Shown here: piece by piece, positions 37,698-50,742 of the stretch | Numbering within the stretch: position 1 is the first letter of the stretch | Layout of the letters: the number at the start of each line of letters is the position of its first letter | Assembly: GCF_006345805.1 (NCBI RefSeq) | Contig: NC_043002.1 | Coordinates: forward strand, 19,964,001-20,028,000 | Length of the DNA stretch: 64,000 nt | Source: Octopus sinensis | Taxonomy: Eukaryota | Reading direction: 5' to 3' | The notes under the pieces: generated by a model | The model's database searches: none | Told to the model about the DNA's origin: nothing | The model's input: the letters and a program-made list of their open reading frames with translations, nothing else | Translations under genes and position numbers: made by a program

Positions 37698-38087
37698 GTG
37701 GTTAGCTTTCTTCTGCTATTGACCATGCCTTGCTGTTACAGAACAGAGAACTGTTTCAATGTAAGCTTTGATAATTCCACATAAAGTAGGTTCACATCAC
37801 ATGGTAATTGGTATTGTCATCTAAATTTATGTCTACTGTCTACCATGTCATTTCTAAGATAACAAAATATATGTCAAGTGTCCAAGACAGTACATATAAG
37901 ATTGTAGGGTTTAGATTAAATCTGTTAGGAAGAAAGACTGTGGGGTCATCGTAGACCAAATATCATGTGGCATTTAATTTCATACACTGGTGTGCCACAG
38001 TGTAACCTGAAGGTGTGCTGCCAAACTTTGTAAAGAATATGTGTACTGCAAGTGAAAAAGGGTTGAGGAGCACTGTTGTAGATATAG

Positions 38088-38343
38088 CAGTAGTTCTCAA
38101 AAGGGGTCCATGTAAGATTTTTAGGGGTCCACAAGTGTTTTAAGGGTCCCTGAAAAAATTTTGCAGCAGATGTGTGCATTGATATGTATTACATGAAATA
38201 GCTGGGTATTTTTTCTCAAACATTTCACATAGTTCAAACTACAAATTAATGTGTGAAAGACAAAATAGAAGTTTCTATAAAACTAGTTTTTGAACATCGA
38301 ATGACTATGGGGTCCATAGATAAAAAATGGTTGAGAACCCCTG
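38088..38343. mobile_element. hAT (Charlie-like) MITE with perfect 8-bp TSD
   Basis: TIR CAGTAGTTCTCAA / TTGAGAACCCCTG; AGATATAG at 38080-38087 and 38344-38351. Confidence 0.9.
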
Positions 38344-38979
38344 AGATATAGGTTCAAATCCACAGCCAGGTTGACATAATCTTCCACTTCTCTGAAGTCT
38401 TTGAGTAGTACCAGCCATCTACAGTTATTGATTCGACTGACTATAATACCTTTTTTTTTTATCATTCAAATTTCCCTTTCCAGTTGTAAATATATGTAAG
38501 TTTATTTCACCATCAAACCCAGTTTTTGTGATGTAAGAAATGTATATGCTTCTCTTGTAAGCTGTTTATTCAGTGTACTGGTTAGATTTAGCTTGATTTC
38601 ACAAATGCAACACATTTCTTTATTTTTAAAGCTTTTTCTAATTTTTGATTTTCTATATAACAATAGAGCTATGTGATTACTCAATCTACTTAGAATACAA
38701 CCAAATCAACATCTGTCTTAAAGATGGCGTTATCAAGTTGTTATAATATTGTATCCAAGATATCTTTCTTTTACTTACGATTTCTGACTTGGATACACTT
38801 CCAAATGTCAAGAGAAACAGAAGTGTTACATAACATTCATTTAGTAGGATCGATTAAATTTTCTCATGAAATATCTAAATACCACAAGGCATTTTCCTCT
38901 GACATGCCATCCCCTGCTTTTATAACTGATTTGAAATACAAATGATTATTTTACAGAAGCACTTCATTTTCTCTTTCAG

Positions 38980-39226
38980 GATCCCTTACTGTGAAACTAT
39001 GTACAGAGATTTACATGAACTGATACGATCACATAAACGCTGCTGGTGTGGCAAAGTTGTCGTGGCAAAATTCATTCACTGTATTTATCATGCCAGCATC
39101 TCTTTTATGGTAGCATCGTTGCTCTCAACATCAGAGAAAACTTTTCCTCTTGAAGCATATTTTTGTTCACAGAAGTGTTTTGACCGTTTTACACAAAAGC
39201 AATTTCAAAGTCCTCTGGTCACGTAA
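38980..39226 (+). CDS. LRR1: LRR1 terminal coding exon 4
   Basis: AA|G completes Lys, then IPYCETMYRDL...CWCGK...YFCSQKC and stop TAA. This matches the LRR1 C-terminus (RIPY...CVCGR...YFCSLGC); CAG acceptor at 38977-38979. Confidence 0.92.
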
Positions 39227-42200
39227 GTGTTTCATTGATAACAGTGGATGTGTTTCATTCATTCATTGTGAAATTCTTACACAAGTATCAGTAGCTAATA
39301 TGTATTTATTCTGACCTAACCTTGTATATTAATACTCTACAATGTTTTAGTCAGTATTAAGGTTTATTATTATTTAACATAATTTAAGATAATTTTGACA
39401 GTGTCTTGTGCAAGACCAATATTAGTGAGCTCAAGTGAGAAGCAAGTATTTGTTTTGGAGGATATTGAATTGTTTCTTAGCTTGTGAATGGTTATAAAAA
39501 AAAATGGATTTATCTTCAAATTGAATGATAGTGTTTAAAAAAATTGAATTTAAACTAAATAAAATGCAGGATACAAAGTGATGAAAGTGAACTGTTATTT
39601 TATGTTTACTGCTCTCGCCTGTCAAGACTAGATTTTTTTGAAAATCTCCAGATGTGTTGTAACACTAAGTCTACAGCTTGAGTCAGATGATTTTATTAAA
39701 TTATCTACCATTGTGTAAGATTACTATCATATGTACACACTCATTATTAAATAAATGCATCCAACTTAGAATTTTTAATGTTAATTTCCTTTCAAATGTT
39801 TGGATGTATTTTACAGCAATGCCTTAGTCCTTTTGTGAATAAACTTTGTAGATCTTTCAATTTTTCCTTCACATCTTCAGTTGCAACAACAGTAGGTTCC
39901 AGGCTATGTTTTCACTTCTAACTTTTCAAACCAATCTAATATCTGTCTTAAATACTTCAAATTCTTTACCATTTTCTTTGAAAATCAACCTCCTCTTTCC
40001 TCATAAGCAACAAGTCAAAATCTGCCCAGTTATGTTCGAAAGTGGCAATGTGCTTTTCAAAAGATTGTCTCTCTCCAATTCTTGGATCAGCAAAAAATTT
40101 TATCAGGACCTATCAAATCTGTTATCATCTGATGCAATGTCAACCCATTGTTTAAACAAAAGCATCAGTAATCGAGACAGTTTATTAGATTCCAACGTGA
40201 TGAAACTGCTAGCTAGCCAGTCATTTGTGACTTGGTGCAAGGAATTGTGGATTAAGAGCACCTTTCTTTTCTACATTTTTTGCCATGTCATGGTCACATG
40301 ACTTCATTAATTAGATTTCACTTAATAGTCTTTACATTTTAAATTTTAATAAAAGATAGCCGTTTCATTATTAAGTTGGTATTTGAAGCTAAAAGTTTTT
40401 AAAATAAAATTAAAGGTTTTAATTCAAATATGAACTGAAGGCAATCTCTTGTGGGGTCATAGCAAAAAGGGGTTAGGACACATTGGTTATTTTAGTTAAT
40501 GTGGATAAATCTACATGTGTTCAAGCAATAGCACCTGTTCACAACCCCTTTCCCTTTTTAAGCTCAAAATGCAAACAAAAATACAAATTAAAATTAAAAC
40601 AGATTCATGGGGAAACAAAGAAAAAAAAAACACTTAAATTTAATTTCACATCTAAATTTACAGTCTGATATACAGATGATCAATTTTATTGGTTTTAAAA
40701 TTTTACTTCAAATTTTTTTCTTTTCAATTTTACAAAGTCTTTAAAATACCAGACTCCATTTCCTGCAATTTATAACCCTTTCTGTTTTTGTCCATTCCCC
40801 CATATTAGTTGGTTTCCATCCCAATGTTCCTCTTATTATTTTTTTTGTTAAGTATTCACAAAATATTAATTCAACCATCTTCAGGAGTATGGCAGTATCT
40901 GCATTGTTTGCTTTTTAATAATTTTATATATATTTATATATATATATATATATATTCTTTGATTTTTTTTTTCTTTTAATATATTTTATCACCATGGATA
41001 CCATGGCTGCCTAGTGATGTTACAACAACTACTACAAACCAGTGAAACTGTTGCAGTGTCTCTGTTCTGACAGTCACCACAGCATATCACATGAGTATTA
41101 AAAAAAAAACTCTTTAAATGGGACACTTTATAATTAATGATTTCTAACATTAGGTACAAGACCGAAGTTGTAATGGGTATTGTCAAGAAAGGCATTGGTT
41201 GGCCTCCTACCCGAGCAAAATTTGAACTTGGTATTATTCAGTTTCAGTTTTGCATTTAATTGTTCATACTACTGCTTCTTCCACCTCACTGCCTGTCATT
41301 ATTAATGCTGAACATGATACTCTTAAGTAACAGTTACACAGCCAAAATCTTTCTTATAGTGTTTAAAAAAAAAAAAAGAAAATTTTAGACACACTGTAAG
41401 CCTCAGTGTTGCTTATCTCTCTATCACATACTTTTTATACCACAATATTTCTTGAAAAGAGAATTTATGTAAGATATAACAAACAGCAAGGAATAAATTT
41501 AACATTCATGTCTCTAAATGTTAACAATTATGTGTTTCTAACGGAGGCACAAGGCCACATATTGGGAGGTGGGTTGTGAAAATTAAATCTGAACTCTCAA
41601 AGGAAAAGTCAACCTCAGTGAAAGTTGTACTTGGAGTGTAATTAAATATTGCAGCGCTTTATATTAACACATTTGGCTCTGCACTAATAATTGCATACAA
41701 AACAACTCTCAAAGTAGGAACTTAACATCTCATTCTCCTGATTTATTTAAAAAGTAATTTAGTGATGACAGAACAAAGCAGCTGAGAACTGAATCTAATC
41801 TGGTTTCTTTTCCTACACAGACACAAATACCTGAGATTATGTGAAAGTGTAGACAGAGTGGGGGTGTGTGTTCCAGTTGGGAAACAATGGAATTGTAGAT
41901 CAGATTTGATTCTATCCACTACAAATTATTCTCACAACTGTGACAACCAATAATGATGGTGATTCAGAGAACAAATGAGGGATTTGTTAGTGTGGCTATG
42001 TACTGCAGTTAGTCATAAGGGGAGGTAATTTCTGCAGAGCTTATAAACTACCTTTATATCACACCAGCACAGCCTATATTAAGCTAATACAAGTATGACA
42101 AAGTTATATAAATAGATAGGAACATGTGAACAGTGGAAGGGGGAGAGAGAGAGAAATAGGTACACAAGTTGAGATTATGGGCAGGCTGGGTAAAATGGAT

Positions 42201-45200
42201 TTGATCAGGGGGGGAAAGATTTTTTTAAAGCTTCCTTCTCAGCCACCCCACTCTCCATAAACTGAGTTGCTGTCATCAATATATTAGAACTTTAGTTTTT
42301 CTGTCATAGTCATCTACTTCTTATTGTATTTTATAGACTAAATCTAGCTGTAAACTAAACCAGGACAGAAACTTGATTGAACAAATGACTTTCCATAGCA
42401 TGAAAGCTTTTCAAATAGAGAACAGCAGTTTATGTAAAATGTCAGTTTAATAAGTCAATGGCATCAGACAAATGCTAAAAGAAGTAATAAATCTGCATAA
42501 AGAGAACTGAAAATAAATAGTTGAGCTGGATTTGAAAGTTTGGGGAGCTCAATGAAAGTAGAAAAAAAATTAATAAACCTTATTCCTTTTAGTTTGAAAA
42601 AATGCAAGCTAATTGATTTGAATATAGGAAATGGAGATCTGAGAAATAAAACTGAAAAAAATCTATTATACATATTCAAGATTGACTATAGAAATTACCC
42701 CCCACCTCCAATACACCCCATTGCCTATTTCATTTGACTAAATCTCTCAAGATATATGGGTACACACACCTGAGTTGAAGGAGGCTTAAGTACCATTAAT
42801 CCGTGTCACATTCAATATTGAACACAGAATTTGCCAACTCTCACCAAACCAATTTTAGTCCTTCCTTTCACAGTCACATTTGCGTAATGACAGTTTGAGA
42901 GGCCAAGATAAAAGCAGCAGCTGCTGAATATATTTCTACTGCATCTCCCACGCCACCTGCACCCACAACTGTGTGTGTGTGTAAGAGCTATGGGCTGACA
43001 ATACCCAGTGGCAGCTTTGGTTTGAATCTAATCATCATTATGGTACAACAGTATAAAAGAAGCAGGGCAGCAGATGGATTTAGGATGAGTAGAATAACAG
43101 GGAAAGGGGGGATTTAACAAAGTGTGGGGGGTGGGGAATGGATCACAGATGAGGAATCCTGGTAAATACCTACGTTTTACTGTATGTATGTGTGTGTGTT
43201 CATATTCTCCACATGTGCACAAATTATTTCATCTCATTATCTTTCCATCACAGAAACTTTACCAACAGGGTCAACCAGTAACTATCACCATCTTAATCAT
43301 AACAGTTTCTAACATAGGCACAGGGCTGCAATTTTGGGGGTAGGGATTGATTAAATCAATCGCAGTACTTGACTAGTACTTTATTTTTTTCCAACTCTGA
43401 AAGAATGAAAAGCAAAGTTGACCTTGGCAGGCATTAGAACTCACAATATAAAGAACCAAGATAAATTCTGCAAGGCATTTTGTCTAAAGCTCTGATTCTG
43501 CCATTCCACTTAATAATAATCATCCTCACATACAAATAAAGGTAGATTTTTTTTCTTTCCCTCTAAAGTATTTAGCACAAAGCCAAAAATGTTGAATATC
43601 ATGATTATATCAACTTAGGTATATAACTAGCACTTTATTTTATCACACCCACCCAGAAAAATGAAATCAAAGTGGACATCAGCAGATCATAAACAGGAAC
43701 CAACTCAAGTACCTTATCAATTCTGCCATAATAATAGTTTTTAACACAGGCACAAAGCTAAAAATCTGGAGTGGAGGGTAACAGGTGATTATATTGACTC
43801 CTGTATATGACTGGTATTTTGTCATGATGCCTTGGAAGGATGAAAGGTAAAGTTGACCTTGGCTTAATTTGATGTTAAAAGCCAAAACAAGGCATTGCTC
43901 TTATGAATCTGCCATTCCATCACCCCCTGTTGTAAATAAAATTGTTTCTACTTTAGGCACAAGGTCAGTAAATTTTGAGGGAGGGCTTTAGTCATTACCA
44001 ATTGGCCCCTGTATTTAACTAGTGCTTAATTTTATTAACCGCGGTGGGATAAAAGGCAAAGTCAACCTCTGTGAGTTTTGAATTCAGAACATACTGGCAT
44101 CTCATCAGACTCTCTAACAATTCAGTCAATCCACTGGTTTCTGCCATAATAATAATAATGATGACAGGACTTTTCCTCAAGTGACTTGGCAAAGGACAAT
44201 ATTCTTAATTGTTCCATGAACTGAAACGAAGCCTTAGAAGAGGTCCCTTGCCAAATAATTCCAACAGTGTTGAAGTTATTTGGCAAATAACTCCAGCAGT
44301 GAGATACTTCTCCCAGAAGCTTCAATTCTCATCCATTCGGCCATCATCTCTAAGAAAAAGGACCAACAGGTTATTTTTAAGGATTTGACTTTCAAAGAAC
44401 TTTCATTAGCAATATCATACTATTTGTCATCTTCCATCCAATTTACCTTGAAAATCCTCTACAGCCACAATATCACCCAGAGACTACCTTACTGGGTTAC
44501 ACATTTCTAAAAATTTCTTTGGCAAAAGCAAGTGGAAGGGTGGAGGAAATCTAATGCATTTTAAAGTCTTTTATGTAAAAAAAAAAAATAAAGTTAAAGA
44601 GGTTAATCGGGGGTGGGGGAGGGGTATCAAAAGAAAAACTGAAAAAAAAAATTCCCTCCCACTCCTTTGTTTTTCCTTTTCAATTTAATTTGCTTTCCAA
44701 GAACAGGAAAAAAAAACCAGTAACTTACTCTGTCAATTCAAGATTTTGGTGACAAAGCCTGTCTGACACAATGATACACACATAGCCTCCTGACTGGGGG
44801 TGGAAGAAAAAAAAAAATCACACAAATATATGCATGTATGTATTTGACATATGTAATGCTTTCTGCCGATGGTACCACTTCAAAAGAAAATCACATGCAA
44901 GAGGGGGAGGAGGGGAACAATGATGAGGTTTTGGTGCTTCAAATTGCTGGCAACTAAACAGACATCCAGAATTCAGTTGATCCTCAGAGTCTGAATTACT
45001 GACAGATAACAGCAGCTGCAGCAGCAACATCAATATCAACAATAGCAACAAGAAGAACAACTCAAAATTTTTCTGCTCCAAATTTTTAGTGTTTTCTTTC
45101 ATTTTGTGTGTGTGTATCGCTCTCTCTCTCTCCCCCATTTCTGGAGCAGTTCATATCCGCCTCTTTCTAATTTGGATTGTAAAGCTTCTTCAGTGTGTAC

Positions 45201-45337
45201 TATGTTGAAGAATTCACCAACCTCACCAGCACCCAGTACCACCACCTGAGGTGGTGTTTCTTAGTTTTTGTGTTTTATTTTTTAGAGGGGGTTTCCTAAG
45301 GTAGCCCTTCAAAAGCGCAAGCTGTTGGTAGTCACTG

Positions 45338-45574
45338 TCAGCAATCAATGCTGTTTGGCCCAAAAGGCAGAGATTCAAGAACCGAAATGGGGTCGGTGAT
45401 GTCTAAGTTTATCGGCTCAACCTGAGTGGGTCCCTCTTCAACATCAAGTTCCGTGTAGCTTTTACTATGGGAAAATTCAGGCTTAGTTTCTTCAGGGATG
45501 TCTGCAACCTCTCCTTCCATGCCAGATGGTGGGTCCATTTTGGAAAACTCTTCTCTTAGATGATTATAATGTCT
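45338..45574 (-). CDS. BIRC6: BIRC6 terminal coding exon
   Basis: RHYNHLREEFSKMDPPSG... corresponds to RHTAQLREELLKLPCPEG of BIRC6; CAG acceptor, phase 0, ends in TGA. Confidence 0.88.
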   Translation of the reverse strand, partial: RHYNHLREEFSKMDPPSGMEGEVADIPEETKPEFSHSKSYTELDVEEGPTQVEPINLDITDPISVLESLPFGPNSIDC

Positions 45575-46299
45575 CTGCAAAGATAATAAACCAAAGTCAG
45601 ATAAGACTAGCAACATGTGACTCACTTGAAATGAGGCCTACTGGACCTCTACAAGCTATTTCTAAATACTTCATAATGTCTGTTCTATTCATAAACACAC
45701 ACACACTATATATATATATATAAACAATTACTGTTTATAATTTTCACCTTTAAAGGTATTTTAATATGCTAGCCACTTTGATGAAATTCTTTTCGAAAAC
45801 ATTTTATCCTATATTAGAAGAATATAAATATATATATATTTATATAGAGAGGGAGAGATTTTTTTCTCTTTTTTGACCAGGCTTTGGATGGGTCTCAAAT
45901 TGTCTCACCTGAAGGCCATCCATCATTGTTTGGCATGCAAAAACCAGAAAGGAAGGAAGGAATTTACTAGGATTTTTTCCTGGCAAGATTTTTAATGACT
46001 GCATGCTCATACTACTACTATCGACAACTTTACAGCAACAGCTAGGTGTGTTTTATTGTGCCACCAACATCACAGACTAAAGAGCCTACTCCTGTCTATA
46101 TCTGTTCATAGTTATTGGCCTTTGGTCATTTAAATATTTGGTATTATATAACACTGCTCTGTATACTTACTTTCAAAAGTTTAGCACCTATTTTTATAGG
46201 TGCATGAATTCAAACAAAATTTTGTTTTTTAGTCAGGAGGGGAAAGGCAAATAGTTTGAATTCACACATCCACAACTAAAGCAATTTACAGGGACTTAT

Positions 46300-46524
46300 T
46301 TAACCCTTTAGTGTTTAAACTGGCCATATCTGGCCCAGATATTCTACATGTTTTATATTCAAACTGGCGATATCTAGCCTCTCACACCAAACCTACATTG
46401 ACATTCTAAAATAAACAATCACATCATTGAAACCTCAAAGCTATTAGACAATGCATGATTAATTCAAAACAATTTGAGCGAAAAAGTATTACATTTAACA
46501 GTAATCTGAACACTAAAGGGTTAA
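46300..46524. mobile_element. piggyBac-type MITE, uninterrupted
   Basis: TTAACCCTTTAG ... CTAAAGGGTTAA. Confidence 0.9.
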
Positions 46525-46590
46525 TAGTGCTGCCAGATAACTAAAAACTATTTGATCAAGTCTCAAGATAAGAGCATTTTTCTTCCTGTA

Positions 46591-46720
46591 GAAAGAGCAT
46601 CCAGCTGTAGAGACCATGCCAAATCAGAGTGGAGTCTGGTGCAGCCTTCCAGCTTGCCAACCCTGGTCAAACAATCCAAACCCATGCCAGCATGGACAAC
46701 GGACATTAAATGACGATGAT
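46591..46720 (+). mobile_element. RTE tail fragment
   Basis: GCATCCAGCTGTAG...TTAAATGACGATGAT. Confidence 0.8.
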
Positions 46721-46859
46721 ATGTAAACACTGGCAAGTTAATGAGCTATGTGAGAGTACCAATTAAATATCTAATGGTCGCTCACTGCATAATTCAAATA
46801 TTTCAAGTTTCAAAATTATCCAGAAACTTTGTAACAAGGCTGTTGAAGTTAAACTAAAA

Positions 46860-47070
46860 CATCATCATCATTATAGTTTAATGTCCATTTTCCATGCTAC
46901 CATGGGTTGGACAGTTCGACTGAGGACTGGCAAACCAGGTTCCAATCTGATCCGGCAAAGTTTCTACAGCTGGATGCCTTTTCTAATGCCAACCACTCCG
47001 AGAGTGTAGTGGGTGTTTTTTTACGTGCCACCGGCATGGGAGCCAGTCAGCCAGCACTGGCATCAACCAA
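46860..47070 (-). mobile_element. RTE tail fragment
   Basis: (CAT)n followed by the reverse complement of the tail and one module. Confidence 0.8.
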
Positions 47071-47219
47071 CAACTAGAATTAAATCATGTCAGCAGCTCT
47101 TTGAAATTTCAATATTTGCAAAACTATGCCACTACTTCTTCCTACATAAAACGTGCTTGATGTGGTGTTGGGACTGAAAGAACTTTGTGTAAAGGATAAA
47201 TAACAAAAATTGAACTGAC

Positions 47220-47354
47220 TTTCAATGCTAAAGTACTGTGTGCTATATGTCTTCCTGTCCGTTTGTCATGACTGTATGACTCCATTTCACAGATCCACTG
47301 CTCACATTGTGACAAAATTTCATGGCGTTTTAACCAAAAGTGATTCTGGATTAC
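47220..47354 (-). CDS. BIRC6: BIRC6 exon
   Basis: VIQNHFWLKRHEILSQCEQW...DKRTGR...ALK; CAG/GTCAGT; phase 0-0. Confidence 0.93.
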
Positions 47355-47898
47355 CTGGGGAAGAAAGGAAAAGAACATGAATAGATAAATGACAAAGAAT
47401 TGATCAGTGAAGGACCTACCTCCACACGGTGCCAGATGGATGGACTAAACTTGTATGAAAAGATTTTAAATCAAACAAATTGCAATATTTACTTGAAACA
47501 CAAGCCACTAATTCTACCACTCAACAAAGGAACCTTTTTGTGGTCATTCAACTCGCTAGAAATAGCAACCAAGTCACTGAAATCTTTTAAAAAGGCCAAG
47601 AATACTGTGGTCCTGGGTTCCTACATAAATGAAAAGCTGAAATGGTACTTGATCAAGTTAACCAGAAGCTCAAAAAACATCTACATTAGTTGCTCAACAT
47701 GCTAGAAATAGCAACCAAATCACTCATCTTCTTTAATCACAAAAAGATGGTAGGTCTTAGAAAAATGATGAGCTGGAACAGTTTTGATTATAGTTCGACT
47801 CAATTTGGATCTTAACAACAACAACAACTACTACTGCCCATTAATCACTGGAACTTGTACACTATAATCTAATTTAAACTATTTAGTTATATAGTTTA

Positions 47899-48035
47899 TA
47901 GGCACATACCCAACCACATGGTTCGAGGTTCAGTTCTATTGCATGGCATCTTGGGCAAGTGCCTTCTACTATAAGCCTTAGGCTGACCAAAGCCTTGTGA
48001 GTGGATTTGGTAGATGGAAACTGAAAGAAGCCCAT

Positions 48036-48075
<40 letters not shown>

Positions 48076-48252
48076 GATGTTTGTGTATCTGTGTTTGTCC
48101 CCCCTACCTTGGCAACCGTTGTTGGTATGTTTACATCCCTGAAACTTAACATTTTGACAAAAGTGACTGATAGAATAAGTCCTAGGGTTGATTTCTTCGA
48201 CTATAGGCGGTGCTCCAGCATGGCCACAGTCAAATGACAAACAAATAAAAGA
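47899..48252 (+). mobile_element. SINE family A
   Basis: Head partly deleted; body and tail match 2030-2402. Confidence 0.85.
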
Positions 48253-48711
48253 ATAGAAATCAAAACCACTTAGAGCGGTGAACTATACATACTTCATATC
48301 CCCCATTTACTATTTAGGACTTGTGAGCCAGCAACAATGAAGTGACTTGGATCACACAATTAGTGGAAGTAGTAAGGTGGACACATTGTATCCCACTGGT
48401 GCACTGAAATATATTTACACGTTTCATGTGTAAATACTCTGCAGTACACAGCAAAAATAACCACTCACTTATGTCTGTGTATGTAGTACTTTGGCTAAGG
48501 GTCTTCTGCTGTAACCCAAGGTTGACCAAAGCCTGTTATACTCCAAAGCTGTTACTTTTTTCTATAGAAATTCAAGCCAAACAACTAAATCTGTGAAGGA
48601 TCACAAAGGCTATGGTTACAGTCCTTTCTTGAAACAATAAATAAATACAAAGCCACTGGAAAACAATTTGCCAGTGGTCAAATCTTGTAGAGAAGTTGCT
48701 ACAATACTGAC

Positions 48712-48900
48712 CTCTTTAAAACAGGGTGATGGATCTCGTATCTGCTCCAACATGGCCCATTTAACAGTTGCCTGACGAATGTTAGCATCATACTCTCGAG
48801 AACTAGCTGTGCCAGATGGTGTGCCCCGCGATCGTTCATAACCAGGTTCATTGAAATAAGGCTCAGACACTAATATCAAAGACTGTATAGAGACAAGCAC
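48712..48900 (-). CDS. BIRC6: BIRC6 exon (UBC domain, C-terminal part)
   Basis: [28 protein letters not shown]...[20 protein letters not shown]; CAG/GTCAGT; phase 0-0. Confidence 0.97.
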
Positions 48901-49141
48901 CTGAAATTAAGCAAAGATAGTTATTGTCAATGGTTTTTTTTTGTGTAGATTAAGTATCAATGTGTTGGAGTGGAGGAAGAGGAGAGAAGAGAAACAATTA
49001 AACAACAGATAACACGTGATTGATAGAGTAGTTCCACATGCATCTGGGAACAAAAATGGTTCTACATAATATAAATATAGCAGAGATAGAAACAGACACA
49101 AAAAGAAACACACACACACAAATACAAAGGGAAGTACCTAC

Positions 49142-49381
49142 TTGTAAAAAACTAGAAGTCTGTGGATTCCATTTCTCCTCAGGTCGACCATGCCATGTGT
49201 TGAGAACACTTAAACACACTTTGCCGTCATTGTATAAATTGGGGTTGAAGCGTACACTGTGGTTGCCTGTGGTTTCGAGGTTGATGAATGGAGGGGAAAT
49301 GGGATAGTCCTGAGGGAAATAGACATCAAATTCAAAACAGCCATTTGCATATGGTGTGTCAGCTGGTCCAGTAATGAGCAC
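49142..49381 (-). CDS. BIRC6: BIRC6 exon (UBC core with catalytic Cys)
   Basis: [19 protein letters not shown]...[19 protein letters not shown]...SSFLQ; Cys codon at 49216-49214; CAG/GTAGGT; phase 0-0. Confidence 0.97.
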
Positions 49382-49477
49382 CTGAAGGCAGAAATATTGC
49401 AGGTATATAGATACATACATACAAATATATTTGGTCTTACAAGTAGGAGAAAGAGAACTGAATATGTAAAACAAAAT

Positions 49478-49895
49478 CTTAAGAGTACAAAAAATAATGA
49501 TGATGATAGTAGTATTATGGTTTGAACGCAAGGCCTTGTAATCTATAGTTCAGCATCTTAGGATCGCAGCAATTATGCTCCCCACCCACTTCACACTTTA
49601 GAACTTAAGTCTCCTTCCTGATAAATCCACTACATTTGATGTTCATTTGGCTTCTAATAACACATCTCAAACTACTCCTCCATTGTCACACAGCCATCAA
49701 ATGTAAAATCTCAAACACGATTCCTCAACCTTTTTCTACAGTGATTTATCTTCATCTAAGAAAATTGGTCTTTCTGGTATTGCTGATAAGCTTAAGAGTA
49801 CAAAAAATAATGATGATGGTAGTTGTATTATGGTTTGAACTCAAGGCCTTGTGGTCTATAGCTAAGCATCTTAGGATTACAGCAATTATGCTCCC
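49478..49895. repeat. 105-bp direct repeat pair
   Basis: 49478-49582 and 49791-49895, ungapped, 9 differences. Confidence 0.9.
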
Positions 49896-50742
49896 TGCAT
49901 CCTCAAACAGCTCAAAGGTGATGGAAATTGTGTCAACCATCTTCAAACTGGGTTTCTTTAAGGCCAGAAAAACATTTCAAAACCAATCAATTACTGGCTC
50001 TCTGCAAAGCTTTAAGTGTGATCCATATTAGAATATTGTTCCTGTATTTAGGATGATCCTGCTGCTAACATCTTAGGTCGCATTTCAAAGAAGAAAAAAA
50101 GCCATTCACTTGGTGGGCTGAATCTTGTTTTAATGACAAGGATTCAGTTGTCTCATCTCCTGAGTTATCTCCTCATTGAACTGGACTGTAACTGATTGAA
50201 CCTTCTACTGACATGTTTAACCTTTGTGTAATTCTCAGGCAGAATCACTGAGTTGTACCTTTGAATTACAGGTACAATCCATTCAACAGGCTTCTATAAA
50301 CTTCCATTTACCCTACTTCATTCACAAGGTATGAGCTGACCAACAGCTTCAGAAAATGACGTTTGCATAAAGAAGCCACATAGTGGGTTCTTAAACAATT
50401 GATCAAAGGTGCACTTATATTCATATTTCAACACACTTCAACCACTGGCTCACAGATGTGCAATATCTCCTCTTACATTACCTTTCAACAAGGCTACCCT
50501 CTCTACCTGTCCTCTTCTCAGCATTCTATCACTGTAATATCATAACCAGAACTTACACTAAGCACTTATCCAAATCACTCCATCCAAGAACTGACATCCT
50601 GGAATTCCTTCCTTGCCAGTGTTTTCCTATTTATGTCAACCTGTTGAGGTTCACACTAAACACAATTTTTTTAGAATGAAGTTAGACTCTACAAGAACTA
50701 TTTAGTGCCAACTCCTCTTACCCAGATTAATAATAATAATAA

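Noticed and set aside
37575-37784. Second LRR gene or functional exon
   Set aside because: Only 94 nt is homologous, the changes are mostly non-synonymous including the LRR Asn, and there is no convincing acceptor.
49478-49895. TRIM or mini-LTR retrotransposon
   Set aside because: The repeats lack TG...CA ends, and no PBS, PPT or TSD was seen.
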